From an uncultured Gammaproteobacteria bacterium (GTDB taxonomy: Bacteria; Patescibacteriota; Patescibacteriia; PEXW01), in the NCBI GenBank assembly GCA_964486505.1, contig CAZAMC010000002.1, positions 1,656-65,655 of the forward strand: DNA of 64,000 bases, given 5' to 3'. Made by a program: the position numbers and the translations under genes. The notes under the pieces were generated by a model. The model was not told where the DNA came from and did no database searches. It was given only the letters and a program-made list of their open reading frames with translations. The number at the start of each line of letters is the position of its first letter. The first letter of the stretch is position 1. Of this stretch, positions 16,989 to 26,588 are shown piece after piece.

Positions 16989-18316
16989 AGAAACTGCTTC
17001 GGAAAATCATTCCCAAACGTCTTATCCAAAATTACCACCACGTGCGTGCCCGGGCAGCGGCGCTGCGGGCAGGATTGCCCGCGCGGAAATTGCTCGTCAT
17101 AGGAGTAACCGGGACGAAAGGGAAGTCAACGACTGTCGCCATGTTGGCGCACTGCTTAACCGCCCTCGGCGAACGGGTAGCTTTCTCATCAACCGTACAG
17201 TGGGGGATGCTGGGAGACACTTGGTCGAACCGCAGCAAGATGACGATGCCCGGACACGGGGAGCTGCAGAACTTTTTGCAGCGGGCCGCCCGGGCAGGTT
17301 GCACGGCGGCGGTGTTGGAAGTGTCCTCGGAAGGACTCGCGCAAGGCCGCCATTTGGGCATTGCATTTGATGCGGCGGTGTTCCTTAACCTCACGCCCGA
17401 GCACATTGAGTCGCACGGCAGCCTCCGGAACTACCGCGAAGCAAAAGAACGACTTTTCGGGAGCTTAAACCGGCCCTGGCGGAAGGCGCTGCATGGGAAA
17501 ACCATACCCACCGTCATAGCTGCAAATGTTGATGATCCGGTGGCTTTCTCTTTTCTTCGCCACGCGGCCGACGTGCACATTGCGTACAGCGTGCGACCGA
17601 ATGAGATTAAAGACACCCCGCAACTACCGGTCGCGCGCGCTACCAATGTGCACTGTGACGCTACAGCTTGCACGTTCCACGCCAATGGCCAACCAGTGCT
17701 ACTGCCGCTCCTCGGCATTTTCAATGTGAGCAACGCTATGGCCGCGCTCGCGGTCCTGCAAGGCCTCGGGTTTGACTTGGCAAAAGCTCGGCATGCCCTC
17801 GCCAACTTTCCCGGCGTCCCTGGGCGGCTGGAGCGAGTGGTGCTCGGCGCTCCGTTTACCGCCCTTGTTGATTACGCCCACGAACCCGCAAGTCTGCGCG
17901 CCGCCTACGAAGCCGTGCGCCTCTTAGCTCCTCAGCGGGTTCTGGCATTGCTCGGTGCACAGGGCGGGGGACGCGATCACGCGAAACGGGCCGTCATGGG
18001 CGCCCTTGCGGCAGAGCACGCTGATGTGGTCGTCGTCACCAACGAAGATCCATATGATGAAGACCCGCAGCGCATCGTAGACGAGGTTGCATTGGGTGGC
18101 GAACGCGTTGCGTCGGGGAAAGTGCACCGGATTGTCGATCGGCGCGCGGCAATTCGTTGGTTGCTCCAGCACGCCCAGCCAAATGACGTCGTCCTGCTCA
18201 CTGGTAAAGGTGGAGAAGAAGTTATGGCCGTTGCGGGTGGGCAGCTGGTTCCATGGGATGATCGCACTGTCTTGCGTGAAGAATGGCGTAGCCTACGTGC
18301 CGCACACGTTGCCTAG
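16985..18316 (+). CDS. murE: UDP-MurNAc-tripeptide synthetase
   Basis: GVTGTKGKSTT, LEVSSEG, NLTPEHIESH, GVPGRLE, DYAHEP, GGGRD..KR, NEDPYDE, TGKGGE. Confidence 0.92.
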   Translation: MKKLLRKIIPKRLIQNYHHVRARAAALRAGLPARKLLVIGVTGTKGKSTTVAMLAHCLTALGERVAFSSTVQWGMLGDTWSNRSKMTMPGHGELQNFLQRAARAGCTAAVLEVSSEGLAQGRHLGIAFDAAVFLNLTPEHIESHGSLRNYREAKERLFGSLNRPWRKALHGKTIPTVIAANVDDPVAFSFLRHAADVHIAYSVRPNEIKDTPQLPVARATNVHCDATACTFHANGQPVLLPLLGIFNVSNAMAALAVLQGLGFDLAKARHALANFPGVPGRLERVVLGAPFTALVDYAHEPASLRAAYEAVRLLAPQRVLALLGAQGGGRDHAKRAVMGALAAEHADVVVVTNEDPYDEDPQRIVDEVALGGERVASGKVHRIVDRRAAIRWLLQHAQPNDVVLLTGKGGEEVMAVAGGQLVPWDDRTVLREEWRSLRAAHVA

Positions 18317-18356
18317 CTGCTGGACTCGTGCGATGATGAACATGTAACTCATACGT

Positions 18357-18833
18357 ATGAAGTCGACGATTATTTACGGCACAAATGCAGGGAGCACCCG
18401 CGAGGTAGCCTTGGTCGTGGAGAACGTGCTGGCTCAACACGGCCATGAAGTTCGGGTCCTCTCGGCCGCTGATGCGCAAGCGGATGATCTACGGTCTGCG
18501 GACGCAGTTATTTTTGGTTCGTGCACGTGGGACGCTATTGGCGCGGATGGCCGACTGGAAGGCCAGATGCAGCAGCACTTCTTGGAATTGCAGACGCGCT
18601 TGCATGGTCAGACGTTCGGAGGGAAACCCTTTGCCGTCTTCGGCTTGGGCGATCGGAGCTACACAGAATTCTGTGCGGCGGCTGATAAACTCGTCGGCTT
18701 CGTGCAGGCGCTTGCGGGCAAGCTGGTTGGCGATCCCTTAAAAATTGATGGGTACTTCTTCCGTTTAGATGAGAATCAGCGCCGGGTTGAGGAGTGGGCG
18801 GCCCACGTAGCAGAACTGCTAAAAAAGGCCTAA
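18357..18833 (+). CDS. Flavodoxin
   Basis: IIYGTNAGSTREVA, GSCTW, AVFGLGDRSY..FC.A. Confidence 0.92.
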   Translation: MKSTIIYGTNAGSTREVALVVENVLAQHGHEVRVLSAADAQADDLRSADAVIFGSCTWDAIGADGRLEGQMQQHFLELQTRLHGQTFGGKPFAVFGLGDRSYTEFCAAADKLVGFVQALAGKLVGDPLKIDGYFFRLDENQRRVEEWAAHVAELLKKA

Positions 18834-18879
18834 ACACAGCCAAAAGAAGGGGAAAGATGCTTTTCCACACCTTATACTC

Positions 18880-18908
18880 TTGACAAGGGTGGGGGTTCCT
18901 TGTACGTT
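18880..18908 (+). promoter_or_regulatory. rpoBC promoter flanked by DnaA-box-like 9-mers
   Basis: TTGACA-N17-TACGTT; TTTTCCACA at 18861-18869 and consensus TTATCCACA at 18913-18921. Confidence 0.6.
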
Positions 18909-19166
18909 CAAGTTATCCACAACCTAAGCTCCTCCCCTCTATAGGGGAGATTGAGCGCCCCTCAGACACTTCACGGGGCAAGGCCTCTACAGCATGCACC
19001 ACGTTCAGTAGCAGGACGGACTGCGCAACTCTTTCCGAACAGCGATTTGGAAGGAGGCGTTTTGTGTCCGGACTTCCACCGGTGCGAGGCCACGTGCTCT
19101 TCGGGAGCACGCGTTGCTCTGGCTGTCAAACCATTTTCACTTCGCCGCTTTCTCCATACGCCACCT

Positions 19167-22100
19167 ATGTCGAAGAAGCGTCACTACGTACACCACGCTG
19201 GTGCAACGACCCGGTATAACCGGACGACTTTTACCAAACTCCATGAGGCAACCGGTTTGCCAGACCTCATTGAAATTCAGAAGCGCAGTTACCAGTGGTT
19301 CTTCGAAGAAGGGCTGAAGGAGCTCTTCGATGAAGTGTCTCCCATTCGAGACTTCATCGGCCGCGACCTTGAGCTCTCGTTCCAAAATTACTACCTAGAC
19401 GAACCGCGCTTCGACGAGCTTACGGCGAAGGCGAAGAACGTTACGTACGAGTCACCATTGCGCGTATCCACGAAGCTGGTGAACAAGAAGACCGGAGAAA
19501 TTAAGGAGCAGGAAATTTACCTGGGTGACTTCCCGCTCATGACTGACCGTGGGACCTTTATTATTAACGGCATTGAACGTGTCGTGGTAAGCCAGCTCAT
19601 CCGCAGTGCTGGCGTTTTTTTCACGTCTGAATTTTTGCGGGGCCGAAAGTACTACGGTGCCAAGATCATCCCGAACCGCGGGGCGTGGTTGGAAATTGAA
19701 ACGGACGCGCAGGATGTCATCTACGTGAAGATCGACCGCAAACGCAAGGCGCCCGTTACCGCACTGCTGCGCTCTTTTGGCTTCGGCACAAATGAAGAGC
19801 TGGTCGATCTCTTTAAAGAGGTCGATACCAATCCCGATCGGCGCTACCTCGACGCCACGATTAAGAAGGACCCCAGCCGCACCGAAGCGGAGGGCCTGAA
19901 AGAAGTGTACAAGCGCATCCGCCCCGGCGACCTGGCCACCACCGACAACGCGCGCGAACTCATTACCAAGATGTTCTTCAGCTTTGACCGCTACGACTTC
20001 AGTCGGGTGGGTCGCTACAAGCTGAACCAGCGGTTTGGCTTTAACTTCCCGAACGATAAAGAGCACCGCGTCTTGCAGAAGGAAGATATCGTGTCCATCC
20101 TGCGGGAAGTCATTAAGCTCAATAACAGCCAGAAGGATGCCGACGACATCGACCACCTCGGTAACCGCCGCGTCCGCGCTATTGGTGAACTCGTCCAGAA
20201 CAAATTCCGCGTCGGTCTCTCTCGCATGGAGCGCATTATTAAGGATCGCATGTCCACCTTGGACATCACCACGATCACGCCGAACCAACTCATTAACGCG
20301 CGGCCGATCATTGGGTCGATTAAAGAATTCTTCATGTCTTCCCAGCTCTCGCAGTTCATGGACCAGACCAACCCGTTGGCTGAACTCGAGCACAAGCGCC
20401 GCCTCTCCGCTATGGGCCCGGGCGGTCTCTCGCGCGAGCGGGCAGGTTTCGATGTTCGTGACGTACACCGCACGCACTATGGTCGCATTTGCCCCATTGC
20501 CACACCGGAAGGACCGAACATTGGTTTGGTCGGCCACCTCTCTTCCTACGCCCGCGTCAACGATTTTGGCTTCATTGAAACGCCCTTCCGAAAAGTTATT
20601 AATTCGGTCGTAAATGATGGCAAGAGTGCGATAGGCGAAATTGCTCGTGAGGCAACGGGCGGCGTGCTGAAGCCAGGGGCAGAGATTACCGATGCTCAGG
20701 CAAAGCAACTCGCAAAAGATTCCACCGTGGAGAAAATCCCGGTGAAGGCTCACGTGACGAAGGATGTGCAGTACTTGGACGCGTTTACAGAAGAGCGGCA
20801 CGTTACCTGCGCGGCCACGACCCCTATTGATGACCGCGGGTACTTCCAAGTTGAGCGTACGGAAATTCGGCAGCACGGTGAGCCCACCACCGGCTCGACG
20901 GACAAAATTGACTTCATGGATGTGGCGCCGAACCAGATTATCTCCATTGCGACGTCGCTCATTCCTTTTGTGGAACACGACGATGCCGCTCGCGCCCTCA
21001 TGGGCACGAACATGCAACGGCAGGCGGTCTCATTGGTCCGTCCGGAGTCACCCATTGTTGGCACGGGCGTGGAAGCGCGGGCAGCGCAAGATTCGGGGCA
21101 AGTGGTGCTGGCCAAGCAGTCCGGTGTCGTAACCGCGGTAGATGCGAGTTCCGTTGAAGTGCTAGAAGACGACGGCAACCTCCGCCGGTACCGCATGGGG
21201 AAGTTCGTCCGGTCGAACGCCAGCACGAGCATGAACCAGAAGCCCATTGTTACAAAACACCAGAAGGTGCAAGCCGGCGACGTGCTCGCTGACGGCGCGG
21301 CTACGGATCGCGGGGAACTGGCCTTAGGCCAGAACGTGGTGGTCGCCTTTATTCCGTGGGAAGGCGGGAACTACGAAGACGCTATTCTCATTTCTGAGCG
21401 GATGGTGCAGGCCGACCGGTATACCTCCATTCACATCGAAGACTTTGTCATGGATGTCCGCGACACCAAGCTGGGGCCAGAAGTAGTCACCCGCGACATT
21501 CCCAACATTGGTGAAGAGAAGCTGCGCAACTTGGATGAAGAGGGGATTGTCCGCATTGGCGCCCAGGTTTCTTCGGGTGACATCCTGGTAGGCAAGATTA
21601 CCCCGAAAGGTGAAACCGAACTCTCCGCCGAAGAGAAATTGCTCCGCGCGATTTTCGGCGAGAAAGCGAAGGACGTGAAAGACAGTTCGCTGTACCTCGA
21701 ACATGGTGAGCACGGCAAAGTTGTAGACATTAAAATTTTCTCCCGCGAGAAGGGCGACAAGCTGCCGTCCGGTGTCATCAAGAGCATCCAGGTATCCGTC
21801 GCCCAGCTCCGCAAGATCCAAGTGGGCGACAAGATGGCCGGTCGGCACGGGAACAAGGGCGTTATCTCCCGCATCGTGGCGGTAGAAGACCTGCCGTACC
21901 TGCCCGATGGTACACCCGTGGATATCGTCCTCAACCCGCTCGGCGTTGCTTCCCGTATGAACCTGGGCCAAATTTTGGAAGTCCACCTGGGTATGGCCAT
22001 GCGCACCTTGGGGTTGAAAGTTGTGAGCCCGCCGCTGGATGGGGTTCCGGAAGATGTCATTCGCCAGCAGTTGGTGAAAGCCGGCTTCCCCGCGGTCGGG

Positions 22101-22601
22101 AAACTGACGCTCATCGACGGTCGCACGGGCCAAGCTTTTGATCAGCCAGTGACCGTGGGTGTCATGTACATGCTCAAGCTCATCCACATGGTTGAAGACA
22201 AGATTCACCAGCGTTCCATTGGTCCGTACTCGCTCGTCACCCAGCAGCCCCTCGGCGGCAAAGCCCAGTTCGGTGGCCAGCGTTTTGGGGAAATGGAAGT
22301 GTGGGCACTGGAAGCCTACGGCGCCGCGCACATGCTGCAGGAAATGCTCACCATCAAGTCCGATGACGTGCTTGGCCGCAGCAAAGCGTATGAGTCCATC
22401 ATCAAGGGCGAGTCAATCCAGAAGCTGAATATCCCCGAGTCCTTCAATGTGCTTGTGCGTGAATTGAAGGGCCTCTGCTTGGATGTTGAGCTCATCGACG
22501 CGCAGACCGCGCCCGCCGAAGACACGCCGACGGTGCACCAGCGCGCCCGCAGTGCCGAACCCATCCGCACGGAAGACGCGGAAATTCCTCCCGCCGCTTA
22601 A
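19167..22601 (+). CDS. rpoB: RNA polymerase beta subunit
   Basis: [59 protein letters not shown]; ATG 19167 is the likely start. Confidence 0.98.
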   Translation: MSKKRHYVHHAGATTRYNRTTFTKLHEATGLPDLIEIQKRSYQWFFEEGLKELFDEVSPIRDFIGRDLELSFQNYYLDEPRFDELTAKAKNVTYESPLRVSTKLVNKKTGEIKEQEIYLGDFPLMTDRGTFIINGIERVVVSQLIRSAGVFFTSEFLRGRKYYGAKIIPNRGAWLEIETDAQDVIYVKIDRKRKAPVTALLRSFGFGTNEELVDLFKEVDTNPDRRYLDATIKKDPSRTEAEGLKEVYKRIRPGDLATTDNARELITKMFFSFDRYDFSRVGRYKLNQRFGFNFPNDKEHRVLQKEDIVSILREVIKLNNSQKDADDIDHLGNRRVRAIGELVQNKFRVGLSRMERIIKDRMSTLDITTITPNQLINARPIIGSIKEFFMSSQLSQFMDQTNPLAELEHKRRLSAMGPGGLSRERAGFDVRDVHRTHYGRICPIATPEGPNIGLVGHLSSYARVNDFGFIETPFRKVINSVVNDGKSAIGEIAREATGGVLKPGAEITDAQAKQLAKDSTVEKIPVKAHVTKDVQYLDAFTEERHVTCAATTPIDDRGYFQVERTEIRQHGEPTTGSTDKIDFMDVAPNQIISIATSLIPFVEHDDAARALMGTNMQRQAVSLVRPESPIVGTGVEARAAQDSGQVVLAKQSGVVTAVDASSVEVLEDDGNLRRYRMGKFVRSNASTSMNQKPIVTKHQKVQAGDVLADGAATDRGELALGQNVVVAFIPWEGGNYEDAILISERMVQADRYTSIHIEDFVMDVRDTKLGPEVVTRDIPNIGEEKLRNLDEEGIVRIGAQVSSGDILVGKITPKGETELSAEEKLLRAIFGEKAKDVKDSSLYLEHGEHGKVVDIKIFSREKGDKLPSGVIKSIQVSVAQLRKIQVGDKMAGRHGNKGVISRIVAVEDLPYLPDGTPVDIVLNPLGVASRMNLGQILEVHLGMAMRTLGLKVVSPPLDGVPEDVIRQQLVKAGFPAVGKLTLIDGRTGQAFDQPVTVGVMYMLKLIHMVEDKIHQRSIGPYSLVTQQPLGGKAQFGGQRFGEMEVWALEAYGAAHMLQEMLTIKSDDVLGRSKAYESIIKGESIQKLNIPESFNVLVRELKGLCLDVELIDAQTAPAEDTPTVHQRARSAEPIRTEDAEIPPAA

Positions 22602-22608
22602 CGCCGTC

Positions 22609-25600
22609 ATGGCCACCCCTATGCAAGACGACGCCCTTACCCTCCGCGATCTCTCCGCCATTCGCCTGAAGCTCGCTTCGCCCGATGCGATCCGCTCGTG
22701 GTCGCATGGCGAAGTGACAAAGCCGGAGACTATCAACTACCGTACGCAGAAGCCAGAGAAGTCTGGACTTTTTGCGGAAGAAATTTTTGGCCCGACGAAA
22801 GACTGGGAATGCTACTGTGGGAAGTACAAGCGCATCCGCTACAAGGGTATTGTCTGCGACAAGTGCGGCGTGGAAGTCACCCGCGCCCTCGTTCGACGTG
22901 AACGCATGGGCCACATTGACCTGGCTGCCCCAGTTTCTCACATCTGGTTCCTGCGCGGCGTGCCTTCAAAGATTGGTCTGTGTTTGGACCTTTCTATCCA
23001 GGAGCTTGAGAAGGTCATTTACTTCGCTTCCTTTATTATCACGCGGGTCGATGATGCCTTGCGGGATGAAACCCTGAAGCAAATTGACGCGGAGCTGGAG
23101 GCGAAGCGTAAGCAGATTGAGGCCGATGCTCAGCGTGTAGCGAATGAGATCCAATCGGCTCGCGCCAAGGACTTGGAAGCCGCCAAAGAGAACGCTGCCA
23201 AGAAGGCGAAGGCGGAAGCGCAAGCAACCGAGGCCCTCGCTGCGAATGCGGCTCGCAAGGGCGAGCGGCAAGCAGCGCTGGATGCAGCCGCCGTGGTGGC
23301 CAAGAAAGAGCTGCAGACCTTAAAGCCGCGGCAGATTATTTCGGAGAGCCAGTACCACGATTTGAGCTTAAAGTATGGCCACGTTTTTGAAGCAGCCATC
23401 GGCGCCGAGGCAGTCCACCATCTCCTCAAGGAACTCGATTTGACGGAGGAGATTAAGGCGCTGGAAGTCGAACGCAAGACCGGTTCGGACGTGAAGCAGC
23501 GCAAGGCCGTCCGTCGCCTGAAGCTCCTCAAGAGCTTGTTGGCGAACCACTTGCGTCCGGAGTGGACCGTGCTTACGGCCATCCCCGTCATTCCACCGGA
23601 TCTGCGTCCAATGGTGCAGCTCGACGGGGGTCGCTTCGCCGCGTCGGACTTGAATGACTTGTACCGCCGCGTTATCAACCGCAACAACCGTTTGAAGCGC
23701 CTGTTGGAGCTGAACGCCCCAGAAGTCATCACCCGTAACGAGAAGCGCATGCTGCAAGAAGCGGTTGATGCGCTTATCGATAATGGTGCTCGACATGGTA
23801 AAACTGTCACCGCCGCCACGGGCCAGAAGCGCCAGCTAAAATCCATCGCTGACATGCTCAAAGGGAAGCAGGGCCGTTTCCGTCAGAACCTGTTGGGTAA
23901 GCGCGTGGATTACTCGGGCCGCTCGGTTATTGTGGTGGGCGCCCACTTGCAGCTCCACCAGTGTGGACTGCCGAAGCGCATGGCTCTGGAGCTCTTCAAA
24001 CCATTCGTCATCGCGCAGCTCATCAAGCGTGAGTACGTGCATAACGTGCGCAGCGCCAACCGCTTTATTGAGAGCGATCGCAGTGAGGTCTGGGACATTC
24101 TAGAAGAAATTACGAAGAACTCCCACGTGCTTTTGAACCGCGCCCCGACCCTACACCGCTTGGGCATCCAGGCCTTCCAGCCCGTGCTCATCGAAGGTAA
24201 GGCAATCCAACTGCACCCCATGGTGTGTACGGCGTTCAACGCGGACTTCGACGGTGACCAAATGGCTGTCCACGTCCCGCTCACCGAATCGGCGAAGAAG
24301 GAAGCGGCCGAGCTCATGCTCTCGTCGAAGAACTTGCTGAAGCCCGCAACTGGCACGCCGGTGGTTACACCCTCGCAGGACATCGTTCTCGGGTGCTACT
24401 ACCTCACGATGATGCGGCCGCAGGAGAAGCCGCGCAGCTTTGTAAGCCCGGAAGAGGCTTTCATGGCCTTGGCGATTGACAGCATTCACCTGCATGACGA
24501 AATCACCGTCCGTCGGGGCGATGAGCGCCTGCAGACCTCGGCTGGCCGATTGGCCTTCAACGCCGTACTGCCACCCGAATGGCCCTACATTAATACGCAT
24601 CAGGACAAGAAGTCTCTCTCGAAGCTCGTGGGGAAGTTCATCCAGAAGTTGGGCGTGGATGAAACCGTGCAGACCATTGATCGCATTAAGAATCTTTCTT
24701 TCTCGTACCTAACCCGTTCTGGCATTAGCTGGGGCATGGATGACCTCACTATTCCCACGGCGAAGGCAGAGATTCTGAAGGTCGCGGATGCCAAAGTGGA
24801 TGAGCTCACCCAGAATTATGAAATGGGTTTGCTGACGGACGATGAGCGTCACAACCGGATTATCGAGGTGTGGGATCAGGCCAAGGTCGCTATTCAGAAA
24901 GCTTGTAAGCAGACCCTCGATCAGTTTGGCCCGGTCTTCAGCATGATTGAGTCGGGCGCTCGAGGGAGCTGGGGCCAGACCACCCAGATGATGGGCATGA
25001 AGGGCTTGGTGACGAACCCGGCTGGCGACATTATTGAGTTGCCGGTGCGGGGGAGCTTTAAAGAAGGCTTCGACGTGCTGGAGTACTTCATCTCGACGCA
25101 CGGTGCCCGTAAAGGTTTGTCTGATACCGCTTTGCGTACAGCCAATGCCGGGTACCTCACCCGCCGTCTCATTGATGTGGCGCAGGACGTGGTCATTAGT
25201 GAAGACCAGTGTGCCGACGATGAAGGCATGGCCCTGGTGAAAGCCGATTCGGAACTCCTCGGTGAATCGGTCGCTCAGCGTGCCCTTGGTCGCACCAGTC
25301 TGCAGCGCATTAGCGACCCGAAGACCAAGAAGGTGATTGTGAACAAGAATGCGCTCATCACCGAAGACATCCTGCCGGTACTCGACGCCCTGGATCTCGA
25401 TGAACTCCGTATCCGCACGGTTCTCACCTGTAAAGCCCGCCGGGGCCTGTGTGCCGCGTGCTACGGGTACGACCTGGGCCACAATAGCCCGGTGAAGAAG
25501 GGAACGGCCGTCGGCATCATTGCCGCCCAGTCCATTGGTGAACCTGGCACCCAGCTCACCATGCGTACGTTCCACACGGGTGGGGTAGCCGGTCAGGACA

Positions 25601-26487
25601 TTACCCAGGGTCTGCCCCGCGTTGAAGAACTCTTCGAAGCACGACCCGTGAAGAAGCCCGCCATTCTTGCATCGGCAACGGGCACGGTGTCTATCGTTGA
25701 GGGCCAGAAGGGCGAGAAGGTGTTGAAGCTCACGTACCGCGGTGCGAAGGACGATACCTACCCAATCAAGCGCGGCTGGAAAGCAGCCGTGAAAGACGGG
25801 CAAGCGGTACGCGCTGGCGAGACGCTCCTGGAATCGAAGGGGAAAGACCCGCAGACCGCCGCCGAGAGTGGTATTGTCGTCATGCAAGCGAACGCCATCA
25901 TTGTCCGCCGTGAAGCCGAGAAGGTTGACGAGCACACCGTGCATCCTGGCGACACGCTGCTAGTGAAAGATGGTGACTTGGTGAACATTGGTCAGCAACT
26001 CACTGAAGGGAGCCTCGACATCCACCAGCTCTACCACCTGCAAGGTGAGGCCGCGGTGCAGGCGTACCTGATTAAGGAAACGCAGTTCATCTACTCATCT
26101 CAAGGGCAGAAGCTTAACAACAAGCACGTCGAAGTCATTGTCCGTCAGATGTTCTCCCGGGTGTACGTCATTGATAACGGCGATACCGACCTCATTGCCG
26201 GGGAAGTCATTGAGCGGTCGCAGTTTGATGAGGCGAATGAGGTGGCTAAGGCCAAGAATAAAGCCGTCGCCAAGGGTGACACCTTGCTGTACGGAATTAC
26301 GAAGGCCTCCCTCTCCATTGATAGCTTCCTGTCCGCTGCTTCCTTCCAGGAGACCGCTCGGGTTCTCATCGATGCCGCCGTCTCGGGTAAAGTGGACCGG
26401 CTGCGGGGCCTGAAGGAGAACGTTATCATCGGTAAGCTCATCCCTGCGGGGACGGGCTACCGACCAGATGAGCCAGTGAAGAAGTAG
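22609..26487 (+). CDS. rpoC: RNA polymerase beta' subunit
   Basis: KDWECYCGKYK, NADFDGDQM, GEPGTQLTMRTFH, SAASFQET; lineage-specific Ala/Lys/Glu-rich helical insertion near the N-terminus. Confidence 0.98.
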   Translation: MATPMQDDALTLRDLSAIRLKLASPDAIRSWSHGEVTKPETINYRTQKPEKSGLFAEEIFGPTKDWECYCGKYKRIRYKGIVCDKCGVEVTRALVRRERMGHIDLAAPVSHIWFLRGVPSKIGLCLDLSIQELEKVIYFASFIITRVDDALRDETLKQIDAELEAKRKQIEADAQRVANEIQSARAKDLEAAKENAAKKAKAEAQATEALAANAARKGERQAALDAAAVVAKKELQTLKPRQIISESQYHDLSLKYGHVFEAAIGAEAVHHLLKELDLTEEIKALEVERKTGSDVKQRKAVRRLKLLKSLLANHLRPEWTVLTAIPVIPPDLRPMVQLDGGRFAASDLNDLYRRVINRNNRLKRLLELNAPEVITRNEKRMLQEAVDALIDNGARHGKTVTAATGQKRQLKSIADMLKGKQGRFRQNLLGKRVDYSGRSVIVVGAHLQLHQCGLPKRMALELFKPFVIAQLIKREYVHNVRSANRFIESDRSEVWDILEEITKNSHVLLNRAPTLHRLGIQAFQPVLIEGKAIQLHPMVCTAFNADFDGDQMAVHVPLTESAKKEAAELMLSSKNLLKPATGTPVVTPSQDIVLGCYYLTMMRPQEKPRSFVSPEEAFMALAIDSIHLHDEITVRRGDERLQTSAGRLAFNAVLPPEWPYINTHQDKKSLSKLVGKFIQKLGVDETVQTIDRIKNLSFSYLTRSGISWGMDDLTIPTAKAEILKVADAKVDELTQNYEMGLLTDDERHNRIIEVWDQAKVAIQKACKQTLDQFGPVFSMIESGARGSWGQTTQMMGMKGLVTNPAGDIIELPVRGSFKEGFDVLEYFISTHGARKGLSDTALRTANAGYLTRRLIDVAQDVVISEDQCADDEGMALVKADSELLGESVAQRALGRTSLQRISDPKTKKVIVNKNALITEDILPVLDALDLDELRIRTVLTCKARRGLCAACYGYDLGHNSPVKKGTAVGIIAAQSIGEPGTQLTMRTFHTGGVAGQDITQGLPRVEELFEARPVKKPAILASATGTVSIVEGQKGEKVLKLTYRGAKDDTYPIKRGWKAAVKDGQAVRAGETLLESKGKDPQTAAESGIVVMQANAIIVRREAEKVDEHTVHPGDTLLVKDGDLVNIGQQLTEGSLDIHQLYHLQGEAAVQAYLIKETQFIYSSQGQKLNNKHVEVIVRQMFSRVYVIDNGDTDLIAGEVIERSQFDEANEVAKAKNKAVAKGDTLLYGITKASLSIDSFLSAASFQETARVLIDAAVSGKVDRLRGLKENVIIGKLIPAGTGYRPDEPVKK

Positions 26488-26506
26488 TTACCCCATTGCA
26501 TAGAGC

Positions 26507-26534
26507 AAAAGCCCCGGATTTCCCGGGGCTTTTT
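26507..26534 (+). terminator. rpoBC terminator
   Basis: AAAAGCCCCGG-atttc-CCGGGGCTTTTT. Confidence 0.85.
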
Positions 26535-26588
26535 GGTACTCACGCGCTCGTCGAAACCCGCAATCAATGGTATTCTTAGAGCTACGGT

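Noticed and set aside
16198-18921. Replication origin from DnaA-box-like 9-mers
   Set aside because: Only three scattered boxes; no AT-rich unwinding element and no dnaA nearby.
20330-20430. Rifampicin-resistance substitutions in rpoB, or inteins in rpoB/rpoC/recA
   Set aside because: Cluster I reads [24 protein letters not shown] with the wild-type D, H and S; protein lengths and motifs show no intein.
19452-25944. Long antisense ORFs over rpoB/rpoC and other genes
   Set aside because: Shadow frames caused by codon bias; no recognisable motifs.
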